Assembly (NCBI GenBank): GCA_963716255.1 | Contig: OY970303.1 | Location: 3,840,001-3,904,000, forward strand | Length of the DNA: 64,000 bases | Reading direction: 5' to 3' | Source of the DNA: an uncultured Gemmatimonadales bacterium | Lineage (GTDB): Bacteria > Gemmatimonadota > Gemmatimonadetes > Longimicrobiales > Longimicrobiaceae | Part shown: positions 19,335 through 28,571 of the stretch, one piece after another | Position numbering within the stretch: the stretch's first letter is position 1 | Layout of the letters: each line of letters opens with the position of its first letter | Notes under the pieces: model-generated | Told to the model about the DNA's origin: nothing | Databases searched by the model: none | The model's input: the letters and a program-made list of their open reading frames with translations, nothing else | Program-made: the position numbers and the translations under genes

Positions 19335-21737
19335 ATGCATAGCGGACCCCCTTCATTGTACACCGAGTCGTCGGCGGACCTGGTCCCGTTCGACCAGCAG
19401 TCTGCTGCTGCCTCCGCCTTCCGCGGGGACTCGACCATCGAGCCGCAGGGCAACGCCCTGCGCCGCTACCTCACCGCGCTCAAGCGGTACCGGTGGATCG
19501 TCCTCGGGGTGGTGGCTCTGGGCGCGGCGGCGGGCGCGTACGCTACGCGCTTCGTCAAGCCGGAGTACAAGGTCAGCTCCACCATCTGGATCCAGTCGGA
19601 GGGGAGCGGCAGCGCGGGGACCGGGCCCATCCGCTCCTCCGAGCTGCTGCGGGCCAGCGCCTGGGTGGAGCTGCTCCGCTCCTACACGGTGCTCGACTAC
19701 GTGGTGCGCGAGGAGCGGCTGTACCTGAAGCCCCGCTCCTCCGCCGATTCCGCCGCGCTGGCCAGCCTCACCCTCCGCGACCGTTTCCGGCCCGGCGAGT
19801 ACAAGCTGGAGGTGGACGAGGCCGGCAAGCGCTTCCGGCTGGCGACCGCCGAGGGCGTCACCGTGCAGGAAGGCGCCGTCGGCGGGCCGGTGGGCGCCGC
19901 CGTGGGCTTCAACTGGGTGCCGGACCGGCGCCTGCTCCGCCCCGAGAAGACCGTCGAGTTCACGGTGGTCACCCCGCGCGACGCCGCGGGCGAGCTGAAC
20001 AGCCAGCTCCGCTCCGACATGACGGACAAGGAAGGCAACTTCCTCCGCCTGGAGATGACGGGCACCAACCCCCAGAAGATCGCGTCGGTGATGAACACCC
20101 TCACCGACCGCTACATCGCCGTGGCCGCCGACCTCAAGAAGGCCAAGCTCACGGCGCTCGCCGACATCCTGGCGGAGCAGCTGGCGTATGCCGCCGGCAA
20201 CCTCCAGCAGGAGGAGGCCGCGTACCAGGGCTTCCGCGTGCAGACGATCACCCAGCCCTCCGACCGCGGGGTGCCCTCGGCGCCCGGGGTGCAGCTGGTG
20301 CAGGACCCGGTCTTCCAGAACTTCTTCGCGCTCCGGCTGGAGAAGGAGCAGATCCGGCGCGACCGGGAGGCGATCTCCCGCGCGGTCTCGCCGGGGGCGG
20401 GGCTGCAGCTCAACTCGCTGGAGGCGATCCCCTCGGTTCAGCAGTCCTCCACGATCACCGGCACGCTCAAGGAGCTCACGAGCAAGGAAGCCGAGCTCCG
20501 GGCCATGCGCAGCAAGTACACGGACCTGTACGACCCGGTCCGCCGGCTCCAGTCCGACGTGGACTCGCTCAAGGGGCGCACCATTCCCTCGCTGGTCGGC
20601 GGGCTCAACTCCGAGCTGGCCACCCGCGAGGCGGCGATCGACCGGCTGATCGGCTCCGCCTCCACGCAGATCGCGGCGATCCCGCCGCGCGCCGTGGAGG
20701 AGGCGCGCCGCGAGCGCAAGGTGGCCATCGCCGAGAACCTGTACAAGAACCTGCAGCAGCGCTACGAGGAGGCCCGCCTGGCCGCCGTCACCAGCATCGC
20801 CGACGTGCGCATCCTGGACGAGGCCACGGTCCCCTTCACCCCGTCCAAGGACCCGCGCATCCAGCTCTTCCTCATGTTCTCGCTGGGGAGCCTGGGGCTG
20901 GTCCTGGCCGCCGTGGTGGTGTTCGACCGCCTGAACCCCAAGCTGGTATACCCGGAGCAGGTGACCGGGGGGCTGGGCCTCCCCGTCCTGGGCGCCATCC
21001 CGCGCGCCCGCCAGCACCTGCAGTCGGGGGTGGGGAGCGCGGCGCACCTGGTGGAGGCGTTCCGCAGCCTGCGCCTCAACCTGATGCACGCCACCGGGTC
21101 GGCGGGGAACCGCGCGCTGACCATCTCCAGCCCGGGGAGTGGCGAGGGCAAGTCGTTCATCACCGTGAACCTGGCCCTTTCCTTCGCCGAGCAGGGGCAC
21201 CGCACGCTGCTGATCGACGGCGACCTGCGGCGCGGGACGCTCCACCACCTGCTGGGCGTGAGCCGCAAGCCGGGGCTCACCGACTTCCTCCAGGGCTCGG
21301 TGCAGGCGTCGCAGATCGTGCAGGCCACGGCCTACCCGCACCTGCACGTCATCTGCAGCGGCACGCGGACCACCGCCGGGCCGGAGCTGCTGGGGTCCGA
21401 GACCATGGCCGAGCTGCTCGCCGAGCTGCGCTCCGAGTACGCGGTGATCCTGGTGGACAGCCCGCCGATGGGCGCGTGCGTGGACCCGCTGGTGCTGGCC
21501 ACCCTCACCCGCGACATGCTGATGGTGGTTCGCACCGACGTCACCAACCGCTCCATGGCGGAGTCCAACCTGGCGATGCTGGACCGGCTCCCCATCCGGG
21601 TGCTGGGCGCGGTGGTCAACGGCACCGTCCCCAACGGCCTGTACAGCGCGTACGAATACCTTCCCGGCTACGAGGTCGCCGATCTCGGCGACGCCCCGCT
21701 GCCGACGGGCGAGGTCCGGCAGCTCCAGGGCGCCTGA
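19335..21737 (+). CDS. wzc: Polysaccharide co-polymerase / tyrosine autokinase
   Basis: Two TMs flanking a coiled coil; EAFRSLR, PGSGEGKS, LLIDGDLRR, DSPP and a Tyr-rich tail. Confidence 0.93.
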   Translation: MHSGPPSLYTESSADLVPFDQQSAAASAFRGDSTIEPQGNALRRYLTALKRYRWIVLGVVALGAAAGAYATRFVKPEYKVSSTIWIQSEGSGSAGTGPIRSSELLRASAWVELLRSYTVLDYVVREERLYLKPRSSADSAALASLTLRDRFRPGEYKLEVDEAGKRFRLATAEGVTVQEGAVGGPVGAAVGFNWVPDRRLLRPEKTVEFTVVTPRDAAGELNSQLRSDMTDKEGNFLRLEMTGTNPQKIASVMNTLTDRYIAVAADLKKAKLTALADILAEQLAYAAGNLQQEEAAYQGFRVQTITQPSDRGVPSAPGVQLVQDPVFQNFFALRLEKEQIRRDREAISRAVSPGAGLQLNSLEAIPSVQQSSTITGTLKELTSKEAELRAMRSKYTDLYDPVRRLQSDVDSLKGRTIPSLVGGLNSELATREAAIDRLIGSASTQIAAIPPRAVEEARRERKVAIAENLYKNLQQRYEEARLAAVTSIADVRILDEATVPFTPSKDPRIQLFLMFSLGSLGLVLAAVVVFDRLNPKLVYPEQVTGGLGLPVLGAIPRARQHLQSGVGSAAHLVEAFRSLRLNLMHATGSAGNRALTISSPGSGEGKSFITVNLALSFAEQGHRTLLIDGDLRRGTLHHLLGVSRKPGLTDFLQGSVQASQIVQATAYPHLHVICSGTRTTAGPELLGSETMAELLAELRSEYAVILVDSPPMGACVDPLVLATLTRDMLMVVRTDVTNRSMAESNLAMLDRLPIRVLGAVVNGTVPNGLYSAYEYLPGYEVADLGDAPLPTGEVRQLQGA

Positions 21738-21781
21738 CCCGCCGGACCCATGCGCATTTTTCAAGCGGGCAGGAGCGACCG

Positions 21782-22564
21782 ATGAAGCTGTTACGCGTGC
21801 TGGCCCTGATCTCCCTGTGCCTCGCGGCCGCCCTGCCGGCCCGCGCGCAGGACACCGTGAGCTGGGATCCCAAGCGGGTCCAGGTCACGCGCACCGACCT
21901 GCAGGGGCTGCTCTCGCAGTACGAGCAGCTGCTGGCGTCGCCGGCGCACAGCGCCCAGTTCAAGGACCGCACCCGCGTCGAGGCGGAGGCGATCCGCACC
22001 CGGCTGCGCGACGGCGACATCCAGGTGGGCGACCAGGTGGCGGTGTTCGTGGAGGGGAACGACGTGCTGTCGGACACCTTCACCGTGCGCGCCAACCGCA
22101 TCCTCTTCATCCCCTCCATCGGGGACGTGCCGGTGGGCGGGCTTCTCCGCTCCGAGCTGGAGGGCCGGGTCGCCGAGCACCTGACGCGCTACATCGTCAA
22201 CCCCGTGGTGAGGGTGCAGCCGCTGATCCGCGTGGCCGTGGGGGGCGAGGTGGGGAAGCCGGGGTTCTACACCGTCCCCTCGGAATTCCTCGTGTCGGAC
22301 GTGCTTATGAGCGCGGGGGGGCCGAGCGGCTCGGCGGACCTGCGCAGGGTGTACGTGGAGCGGCGCGGGACCCGGCTGCTGGAGGGCGAGGTGCTTCAGC
22401 AGGCCATCAGCGACGGGCGGACGCTGGACCAGATGAACTTCCACCCCGGCGACCAGATCTACGTCCCGCCGGCGCGGCCGTCGCGCTTCAAGGACCCCTG
22501 GGTGATCACGCAGGCCATCGGCGCCACGGCGGCCCTGATCGGGCTGATCTCGCGGGCGTTCTAG
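21782..22564 (+). CDS. wza: Polysaccharide export protein (Wza/SLBB)
   Basis: CAGGAG RBS, signal peptide, GDQV and GEVGKPGFY motifs, C-terminal amphipathic helix. Confidence 0.82.
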   Translation: MKLLRVLALISLCLAAALPARAQDTVSWDPKRVQVTRTDLQGLLSQYEQLLASPAHSAQFKDRTRVEAEAIRTRLRDGDIQVGDQVAVFVEGNDVLSDTFTVRANRILFIPSIGDVPVGGLLRSELEGRVAEHLTRYIVNPVVRVQPLIRVAVGGEVGKPGFYTVPSEFLVSDVLMSAGGPSGSADLRRVYVERRGTRLLEGEVLQQAISDGRTLDQMNFHPGDQIYVPPARPSRFKDPWVITQAIGATAALIGLISRAF

Positions 22565-22574
22565 GCGGGCCGGC

Positions 22575-22844
22575 TCACCCGGAGGCGACGGGCCCGTCCT
22601 CGTCGCGGACGGCGCGGGCGAGCAGGTCGGCCCAGTACGGCTCCAGCGAGGGTACGCCGAGCAGCTTCTCGGTGTACCCGTTGCCGCGCAGGGCGTGGCG
22701 CACGATCACGCCCCGCCGGAAGTGCGGATCGCGCTTCCAGTTCTGCGGGTCCCTCGCCATCATGCGGCGGTAGCTCCGCTTCGCCGGCTCCGGCAGCCAC
22801 CTCCGCAGGAACTCGACGACCTCGTCCCGGACTTTCGGGTCCAT
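22575..22844 (-). CDS. Hypothetical protein (89 aa)
   Basis: GGGAGG RBS and GC3-rich frame. Confidence 0.65.
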   Translation of the reverse strand: MDPKVRDEVVEFLRRWLPEPAKRSYRRMMARDPQNWKRDPHFRRGVIVRHALRGNGYTEKLLGVPSLEPYWADLLARAVRDEDGPVASG

Positions 22845-22990
22845 GTTCGCCTCCCTTCGCCGGCCCGCCCTCCTGCGAGATCCCCCGGCACTCTCCCCCG
22901 ACTCCGCATCATGTTCCGTACCCGCGCCGCCGACACGCGTCCGTATTCCGCGCGATCCGAAGCCGACTGTGGGTGAGTTCCCTGTGCTGT

Positions 22991-23008
22991 TGTTGCGCTC
23001 CCGTTACA
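22991..23008. promoter_or_regulatory. UAS-like site TGTTGCGCTCCCGTTACA
   Basis: Recurring motif, 93 nt upstream of a sigma54 box. Confidence 0.6.
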
Positions 23009-23101
23009 CCCAGCCGCGCCCGTTCCGCACCGTCGCGCTCGCCACATCCGCAAGCTTCGCGCTGATATGGGCTTGCAAAGTCGGTTCGGAGAGCCCCGGG
23101 G

Positions 23102-23117
23102 CGGCACGGGGGGTGCA
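23102..23117 (+). promoter_or_regulatory. Candidate sigma54 promoter CGGCACGGGGGGTGCA
   Basis: GGCACG-N4-GTGCA, near consensus. Confidence 0.65.
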
Positions 23118-23183
23118 CTCCCCACAGGCGGGCGCCCCCGGGCGCGAGGCTCCGCCGACCCGCGAACCACCGAACCCGTGTCC

Positions 23184-24062
23184 ATGCGCGCAGAAAACCG
23201 CATTCCCGTCGCCGGGATCGCGATCGACCCCGGAGACGGCGGCTGGCTGTCCCTCGGCGTCGCTCCGGCGCAGGAGGAGCGCGGCGGGGCTCCGGCCCCC
23301 GCCCCCGCTCCGGAGGCCGGCCTGGACCGCTTCATCCGCCTTGCCGCGCTGACGCTGGGCGCGGACGTGGCGGCGGTGTCGCTGGCGCACCCGGACGGAC
23401 TGGTGTACGAGAGCAGCATCCGCCTTCCCGACCTGCGGGCCACCCGCAGCCGGCGGCCGCTCCAGGAGTCGCTTTCGCGATACACCCTGGACTCCGCCGA
23501 GCCGCTGGTGATCCAGGACGCGCTCGCCTTTCCGCTGGACCCCGACACCCCCGCCGTGCTGGAGGGGATCCGCACCTACGTGGGTGTGCCGCTGCGCTCC
23601 CCAGGCTCCGGGGTGCCGGGCGCGCTGAGCGTCGCGGGATACTCCCCGCGCGCCTGGGCCCCCGCGGAGATCGAGGTGCTGCGCATCATCGCGGGCTCCA
23701 TCGTGGCCGAGATCGACCTCAAGAGCGAGATCCGGCGCATGGAGCGGGAGCAGTGCGAGCGGATCACCTCCGAGCGGCGGCTGGCGCTGCAGCAGCTGGC
23801 GCTGGGGCTGCGGCACGAGCTGAACAACGCGCTCGCCGGGCTGATCCTGGAAACGGAGCTGCTCTCGTCGGGGGCGGGAACGGGGTACGAGCGGTACCGG
23901 GAGTCGGTGGCGTCCATCCAGAGCCAGGTGTGGCGGATCCACGAGGTACTGCGGCGGCTGGACGACGTGGACGTGCTGCCGACCAAGCCGTACCTGGACC
24001 GGGGGCTGATGATCGACCTGTCCGAGCCGGGGCTGGCGATTTCTGCTGTTGCTACGGACTGA
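23184..24062 (+). CDS. GAF + HisKA (DHp) protein lacking the ATPase domain
   Basis: GAF signature GIRTYVGVPL; H-box LRHELNNALAG; ends soon after the DHp helices. Confidence 0.8.
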   Translation: MRAENRIPVAGIAIDPGDGGWLSLGVAPAQEERGGAPAPAPAPEAGLDRFIRLAALTLGADVAAVSLAHPDGLVYESSIRLPDLRATRSRRPLQESLSRYTLDSAEPLVIQDALAFPLDPDTPAVLEGIRTYVGVPLRSPGSGVPGALSVAGYSPRAWAPAEIEVLRIIAGSIVAEIDLKSEIRRMEREQCERITSERRLALQQLALGLRHELNNALAGLILETELLSSGAGTGYERYRESVASIQSQVWRIHEVLRRLDDVDVLPTKPYLDRGLMIDLSEPGLAISAVATD

Positions 24063-24083
24063 ACGGCTTTGAACAGCCGGGTT

Positions 24084-24209
24084 GGGCGTGCCCCCGGCTG
24101 GCGCCGGGGTCGGGCTTCGGCTCCGTAACGCACGAAACAACCGTGCGTAACGGAGTCGAGCCCCGCAAACTGCGCGTGTCTCGCCCCTTCGGGCCGAAAT
24201 CCCTCACGC
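24084..24209 (+). repeat. Full copy of the ~128-nt structured repeat
   Basis: Inner stem ACGCACG/CGTGCGT; 21 nt after a stop codon. Confidence 0.92.
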
Positions 24210-24235
24210 GGCTGCATGCGTGGGGCGGGTGCACG

Positions 24236-24283
24236 ACGGCGACGGGCCGCCGCTTCCGACAGGAAGCGGCGGCCCGTCGCCGT
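24236..24283. terminator. 22-bp perfect hairpin between convergent genes
   Basis: ACGGCGACGGGCCGCCGCTTCC-GACA-GGAAGCGGCGGCCCGTCGCCGT. Confidence 0.6.
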
Positions 24284-24294
24284 TCGGCGCGGCG

Positions 24295-24657
24295 TCAGGG
24301 GAGGTAGCGGCGGACCTCGGCCATCAGCTCGTCCAGGGTGAACGGCTTCGCGAGCATCCCGTCGAAGCCTTCCTCGCGCAGCTTGTCGGCGGCCACCAGC
24401 GCGACCGCGGCGGTGACGGCCACGATGGGGACCGCGGCGGTGCGCGCGTCGCCGCGGATCTCGCGCGCCGCGGCGATGCCGCCCTCGCCCGGCATCATCA
24501 GGTCCATCAGGATCAGCGAGGGGACCTCCTCCCGCGCCAGGCGCACGGCCTCGCCGGTGTCGCGCGCGTGCAGCACCCGGAAGCCGCCCGCACGCAGCAT
24601 GTTGCCGCAGGCCTCGTGCATCAGCTCGAAGTCGTCCGCCAGGAGGATGGTCCTCAT
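24295..24657 (-). CDS. Single-domain response regulator (DivK/CheY-like)
   Basis: ILLADD, LMDLMMP, AVTA and AKPF motifs. Confidence 0.9.
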   Translation of the reverse strand: MRTILLADDFELMHEACGNMLRAGGFRVLHARDTGEAVRLAREEVPSLILMDLMMPGEGGIAAAREIRGDARTAAVPIVAVTAAVALVAADKLREEGFDGMLAKPFTLDELMAEVRRYLP

Positions 24658-24697
24658 CGCACCCGAGGTCGGGGTGGGCCGCGTCTGTCCGCGGCGG

Positions 24698-26257
24698 TCA
24701 GCGGGGGGAGCGCACCGTCCCCGTGCGGACGGGGACGGTGCGCTCCCGCTGGTCGATCGGAATTCCCAGCAGCCTGGGCTCGCCGAGCACCCGCGGCTCC
24801 GGCGTGGCCACGTCCCGCGCAGGCAGAGTGGCGGCGGGCCGGGCGGACACGCGGGGCGCCGTCCCCCCGGCATCCGTGGGGGGACGCCGTCGCCGCACCG
24901 ACGCATCCGCCACCCCGCCGCCGCGGCGGCGGGCCGTCTCCGCCGCGGCGGGGCGCGGGGCCGCCCCGGCCCGTGCGCTGTCGGGTGCGGAGCGCTGGGG
25001 CGCGGCGTCCGCGGCGGTGCGCTCGGCGGGAAGCTCGGGCGCGGGGAGCTCCGGCGCGGGAGCAGGGGGCGTCGCGGCGGCCGGCGCCTGCACGGCCGGG
25101 GCGGCCGGCCGGGTGGGCTCCGCGGTGGCGGCGGCGGACGGCGCGAAGGTGACGAACGGGTCGCCCTCGCCCATGGTGGCGAAGAGCGCAGCGGTGGCGG
25201 TGAGCCCGCCCAGGGTGAGGGCCGCGGCCGTGGCCAGGACTGCGGTGCGCCGGCGGCGGGCGTGGGTGCGCTGCTCCACCCCCGCGGCGGTCGCCCGCCA
25301 CACCTCGTCCACCTGCGCCCCCGGGCGGAACGCCGTGGTGAGGGCGTCCTCCTCCGCGGGCGCCGGGAGGGCGGGGACCGGCGCGACGGCCGCGGGCCCG
25401 TCCGCCGGGGCGGACGCCACGGGCCCGGGCCCGCCCAGCTGCTGGAGGAACGCGTCCGCGCCGGGCCAGCGGAGCGCCCGGTCCTTGAGCAGCGCGCGCT
25501 CCACCGCCACGCGCAGGTGCTCGGGGATGCCGGGGCGGAGCTGCTCCAGGAGCGGAAGGTACTCGTGCTTCTGCTTGTAGATGACGGTGTAGAGGGTCTC
25601 TCCCCCCCACGGCCGCTTCCCGGTCAGCATCTCCCACCCCACCAGCCCCAGGCTGTACAGGTCGCTCTGGCCATTGAGCCATGCCCCGTCGATCTGCTCC
25701 GGCGACATGTAGGTGGGCGTCCCCAGCACCACCCCCGTAAGGGTCAGGCCGGAGTCTCCGTCCACCGGCTTCGCGATCCCGAAGTCGGCCAGGAAGGCAT
25801 GGGCGCCGTCCGGATCCACGTAGACGTTCTCCGGCTTCACGTCGCGGTGCACGATCCCGCGCCGGTGCAGGTAGGCCAGAGCGTCCGCCACGTCGCGCAG
25901 CACCTGCTCGGCGCGCGCGAACGGGAGCGGGCCCTCGCGGCGGATCAGCTCGCGGAGCGTGGGCCCCTCCATGTGCTGCATCACCAGCGCCACGCGACCG
26001 TCGGCCAGCCGCCGCGCGGCGTGCACCGGGACGATGCAGGGGTGCTGGAGCTGCGCCAGGAGCCGGGCCTCGCGGCGGAAGCGGTCGAGCGCCTCGGCGT
26101 CGCCCAGGTAGCGGTCGTCGATCACCTTGATGGCGACGGTGCGCCCCAGCATGCGGTCGCGGGCCAGGTACACGACGGAAACGCCCCCGCGGCCCAGGGG
26201 GCGGAGGATCTCGAACTCGGGTCCGAACTCATCCCGGATGCCCGCGATATCGTGCAT
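24698..26257 (-). CDS. Hanks-type Ser/Thr protein kinase with a TM helix and Pro/Ala-rich tail
   Basis: LGRGG, VAIK, HRDVKPEN, DFGIA, GTPTYMSPEQ and SDLYSLG motifs; CAGGAG RBS. Confidence 0.95.
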   Translation of the reverse strand: MHDIAGIRDEFGPEFEILRPLGRGGVSVVYLARDRMLGRTVAIKVIDDRYLGDAEALDRFRREARLLAQLQHPCIVPVHAARRLADGRVALVMQHMEGPTLRELIRREGPLPFARAEQVLRDVADALAYLHRRGIVHRDVKPENVYVDPDGAHAFLADFGIAKPVDGDSGLTLTGVVLGTPTYMSPEQIDGAWLNGQSDLYSLGLVGWEMLTGKRPWGGETLYTVIYKQKHEYLPLLEQLRPGIPEHLRVAVERALLKDRALRWPGADAFLQQLGGPGPVASAPADGPAAVAPVPALPAPAEEDALTTAFRPGAQVDEVWRATAAGVEQRTHARRRRTAVLATAAALTLGGLTATAALFATMGEGDPFVTFAPSAAATAEPTRPAAPAVQAPAAATPPAPAPELPAPELPAERTAADAAPQRSAPDSARAGAAPRPAAAETARRRGGGVADASVRRRRPPTDAGGTAPRVSARPAATLPARDVATPEPRVLGEPRLLGIPIDQRERTVPVRTGTVRSPR

Positions 26258-26319
26258 GGCTCCTGTCGACGAACGGAGTGGGTCCTGCTCCGCCGGACGG
26301 CTCCGGCCGTCCGCGCGGG

Positions 26320-27240
26320 TCAGAAGGAGGAGAGGAAGTACGCCAGCCACACGATCAGGGCAGCGCAGCACACGGCGAAGAGCAGCCCCTCGCGGGGGAC
26401 CGGGAGCCGCCGCCTGTGCCGCCGCGGGGCGCGCCGGGCCGCGGGCGGGGCGGCCCGCGGCAGCGGAGCGTCCGGCGGCTGGAACCTCGAAGGAGGCGCC
26501 GGGGACTCGGCTTCCGCCCGCAGCAGCAGCCCGAAGTCGCGCACCGCGGCGGTGACGTTGTCGCGGCTGCCGCCGCGCAGGGCGAGCGCGGATAGCCGCT
26601 CCGCCGCGGCGGCGGAGTCTTCCGAGGCCACCACGCACGCGAGGATCTCCTCCTCCCGCACCACTCCGTGCAGCCCGTCGCTGCACAGCAGCACCGCGTG
26701 CGGAGCGTCCGCCGCGAACGGGCCGAAAACGTCCGCCACGACCTCCGCGCCCCCGGTGCCGAGCGCACGGGTGAGGGAATTCTTCCAGGGGGAGCGCGCC
26801 ACCTCCTCCTCGGTCATCTGTCCCGAGCGCACGGCCTCCTCCGCGAAGGAGTGGTCCCGCGTCACCCGCTCGATCCCCCCCGCCGAGACCCGGTAGGCGC
26901 GGCTGTCCCCCACGTTGGCGATCCAGTAGCGGTGCCCCGAGCGCAGCAGCGCCACCAGCGTCGTCCCCATCCCGTCCAGCGAGCGGTCGCGCCCGGCGGC
27001 GGAGCGGATGGCCAGGTCTGCGGCGCGGAAGCCGTCCTCCAGCCCGGCGCCCCCGCCGAGCGCGTCCAGCAGCGCCGAGAGCGCGGTGGCGCTGGCGACC
27101 TCGCCCGCGGCGTGGCCGCCCATGCCGTCGGCGACGGCCACCACCTCGCGCCCGTCGGGGAGGGTCGTGGCGACCACGGCGTCCTGATTGGAGGGGCGCC
27201 GCCCGCGGTCGGTGGCGTACCCCGTGGCGAGAGCGCTCAC
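26320..27240 (-). CDS. PP2C-family Ser/Thr phosphatase with a C-terminal TM helix
   Basis: NQD, ADGMGGH, NVGDSR, LCSDGL and DNVT motifs; GTGA overlap with the FHA gene. Confidence 0.93.
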   Translation of the reverse strand: MSALATGYATDRGRRPSNQDAVVATTLPDGREVVAVADGMGGHAAGEVASATALSALLDALGGGAGLEDGFRAADLAIRSAAGRDRSLDGMGTTLVALLRSGHRYWIANVGDSRAYRVSAGGIERVTRDHSFAEEAVRSGQMTEEEVARSPWKNSLTRALGTGGAEVVADVFGPFAADAPHAVLLCSDGLHGVVREEEILACVVASEDSAAAAERLSALALRGGSRDNVTAAVRDFGLLLRAEAESPAPPSRFQPPDAPLPRAAPPAARRAPRRHRRRLPVPREGLLFAVCCAALIVWLAYFLSSF

Positions 27241-28190
27241 CGCGCGGGCCCCCGGAAGCGGAGCACCACCTCGCCCACCTCGATGCGGTCGCCGTCGGCG
27301 AGGGCGGGGCTCTCCTCGGCCACGTCCAGCTCGCGCCCGTTCACGCGCAGGGGGTTGGTGCTCGACAGGTTGCGGATGGTCCACGCGCCGTCGGCGAAGC
27401 GCATGCGCGCATGCTGCCGGCTCACCGTGGGCACCGGGAGCTGTACGTGGCTGGTGGGCGGCCCGCCGGCGCGCCCGATGGTGTACTCCGTGACGGCCCC
27501 GGCCGCGCGCAGGAAGCGGATCTCCCGCTGCCGGTCGGTCCCGTCCACCACCTCCAGCGCGCCCGGGAGGAACTGGAGCCGCCCCTCCCCCGGCACCTCC
27601 AGCCGCACAGTCAGCTCGTCCTCCAGCTCCGCCGGGGCCGCAGGGGCCGCGGCCGGCGCGAAGTGGGGTACCAGGATGCGGTCCGGAGCCGGCGCGGAGG
27701 GCGGCGGCGCGGCCGGCCGGGGCGGGGGCGTGTGAGCCGCCACGGCGCGCGGCGCCGCCGGGGCGCGCAGCGGCAGCTCGGGCGGCGGGTTCACCGGCGG
27801 CGCGAACACCAGCAGCGGCTCTTCCATGGGGGGCTCGCGGTCGCGGCGCAGGTGCAGCACCAGCCCCGCTCCGGCCACGGCCAGCGCCACGCCACCCAGG
27901 ACCAGCCCGTACACCCAGGGTCCGGCCCCGTCGCGGGGACCCGCCTCCGGCATGGGCTCGGCGGCCAGGGCGCTCTCCAGCGCCGGGGTGCCCACGGGCG
28001 TCGGCTGCGGCTCCACGGGGGACGGAGCCGGGACCCGCGCCGTGTCCTGCGCCGCCGACGGGAGCGGGGCGCCAGCCGCCAGGGCGAGGAGGAGCTGCGC
28101 GAGCGTCCGCCACGCGGCCGGGCGGGCGGCGCGGAGGTGCGCGGAAGCGGGCCCCGCGCCCCGGCGGCGCCGGGAGGGGGAGAGGTGCAT
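27237..28190 (-). CDS. Membrane-anchored FHA domain protein
   Basis: IGR, VSRQHA, SSTN and LADGDRIEVG motifs; internal TM helix. Confidence 0.88.
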   Translation of the reverse strand: MHLSPSRRRRGAGPASAHLRAARPAAWRTLAQLLLALAAGAPLPSAAQDTARVPAPSPVEPQPTPVGTPALESALAAEPMPEAGPRDGAGPWVYGLVLGGVALAVAGAGLVLHLRRDREPPMEEPLLVFAPPVNPPPELPLRAPAAPRAVAAHTPPPRPAAPPPSAPAPDRILVPHFAPAAAPAAPAELEDELTVRLEVPGEGRLQFLPGALEVVDGTDRQREIRFLRAAGAVTEYTIGRAGGPPTSHVQLPVPTVSRQHARMRFADGAWTIRNLSSTNPLRVNGRELDVAEESPALADGDRIEVGEVVLRFRGPAR

Positions 28191-28277
28191 GGGTGCCACG
28201 TGCCCGGGATGTGGGGAGCCGCGGTCGCCGGAGAGCAGGAGGTGCCCGACGCGGCCGCACGGCGCGGACGGAAGGGC

Positions 28278-28293
28278 AGCACAGCGTGTGCCG
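28278..28293 (-). promoter_or_regulatory. Candidate sigma54 promoter CGGCACACGCTGTGCT for the FHA-PP2C-kinase operon
   Basis: GGCAC...TGC with GG-N10-GC spacing. Confidence 0.6.
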
Positions 28294-28388
28294 CCCGCGG
28301 GCGTGCGACGGGGACGACCCGGCCCCGCAATCTCGCAGGAATGCGCGAGTTAGGCCACCCCGGGCCGACCAGGAGGGAGCGCGGGCAG

Positions 28389-28426
28389 GTCGAGGCTGCG
28401 CCCACAGTTGTGGACTGCGTGCAACA
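28389..28426. promoter_or_regulatory. Tandem UAS-like sites (strong: TGTGGACTGCGTGCAACA at 28409-28426)
   Basis: Recurring motif with a partner half-site 20 nt away. Confidence 0.6.
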
Positions 28427-28571
28427 CTCGCGCGCCGCCGCCGATTGCAGCGGCCGGCCCCGGGGAGTATGATAAGCACCCCGTCGCGGCCGCGCGAGCC
28501 TGCTCTGCCCACCCCGGGCCGCGGCGCCGGCCCCACCCGCCCAGCGGCGCTCAGATGAGACAAGGACGCCG

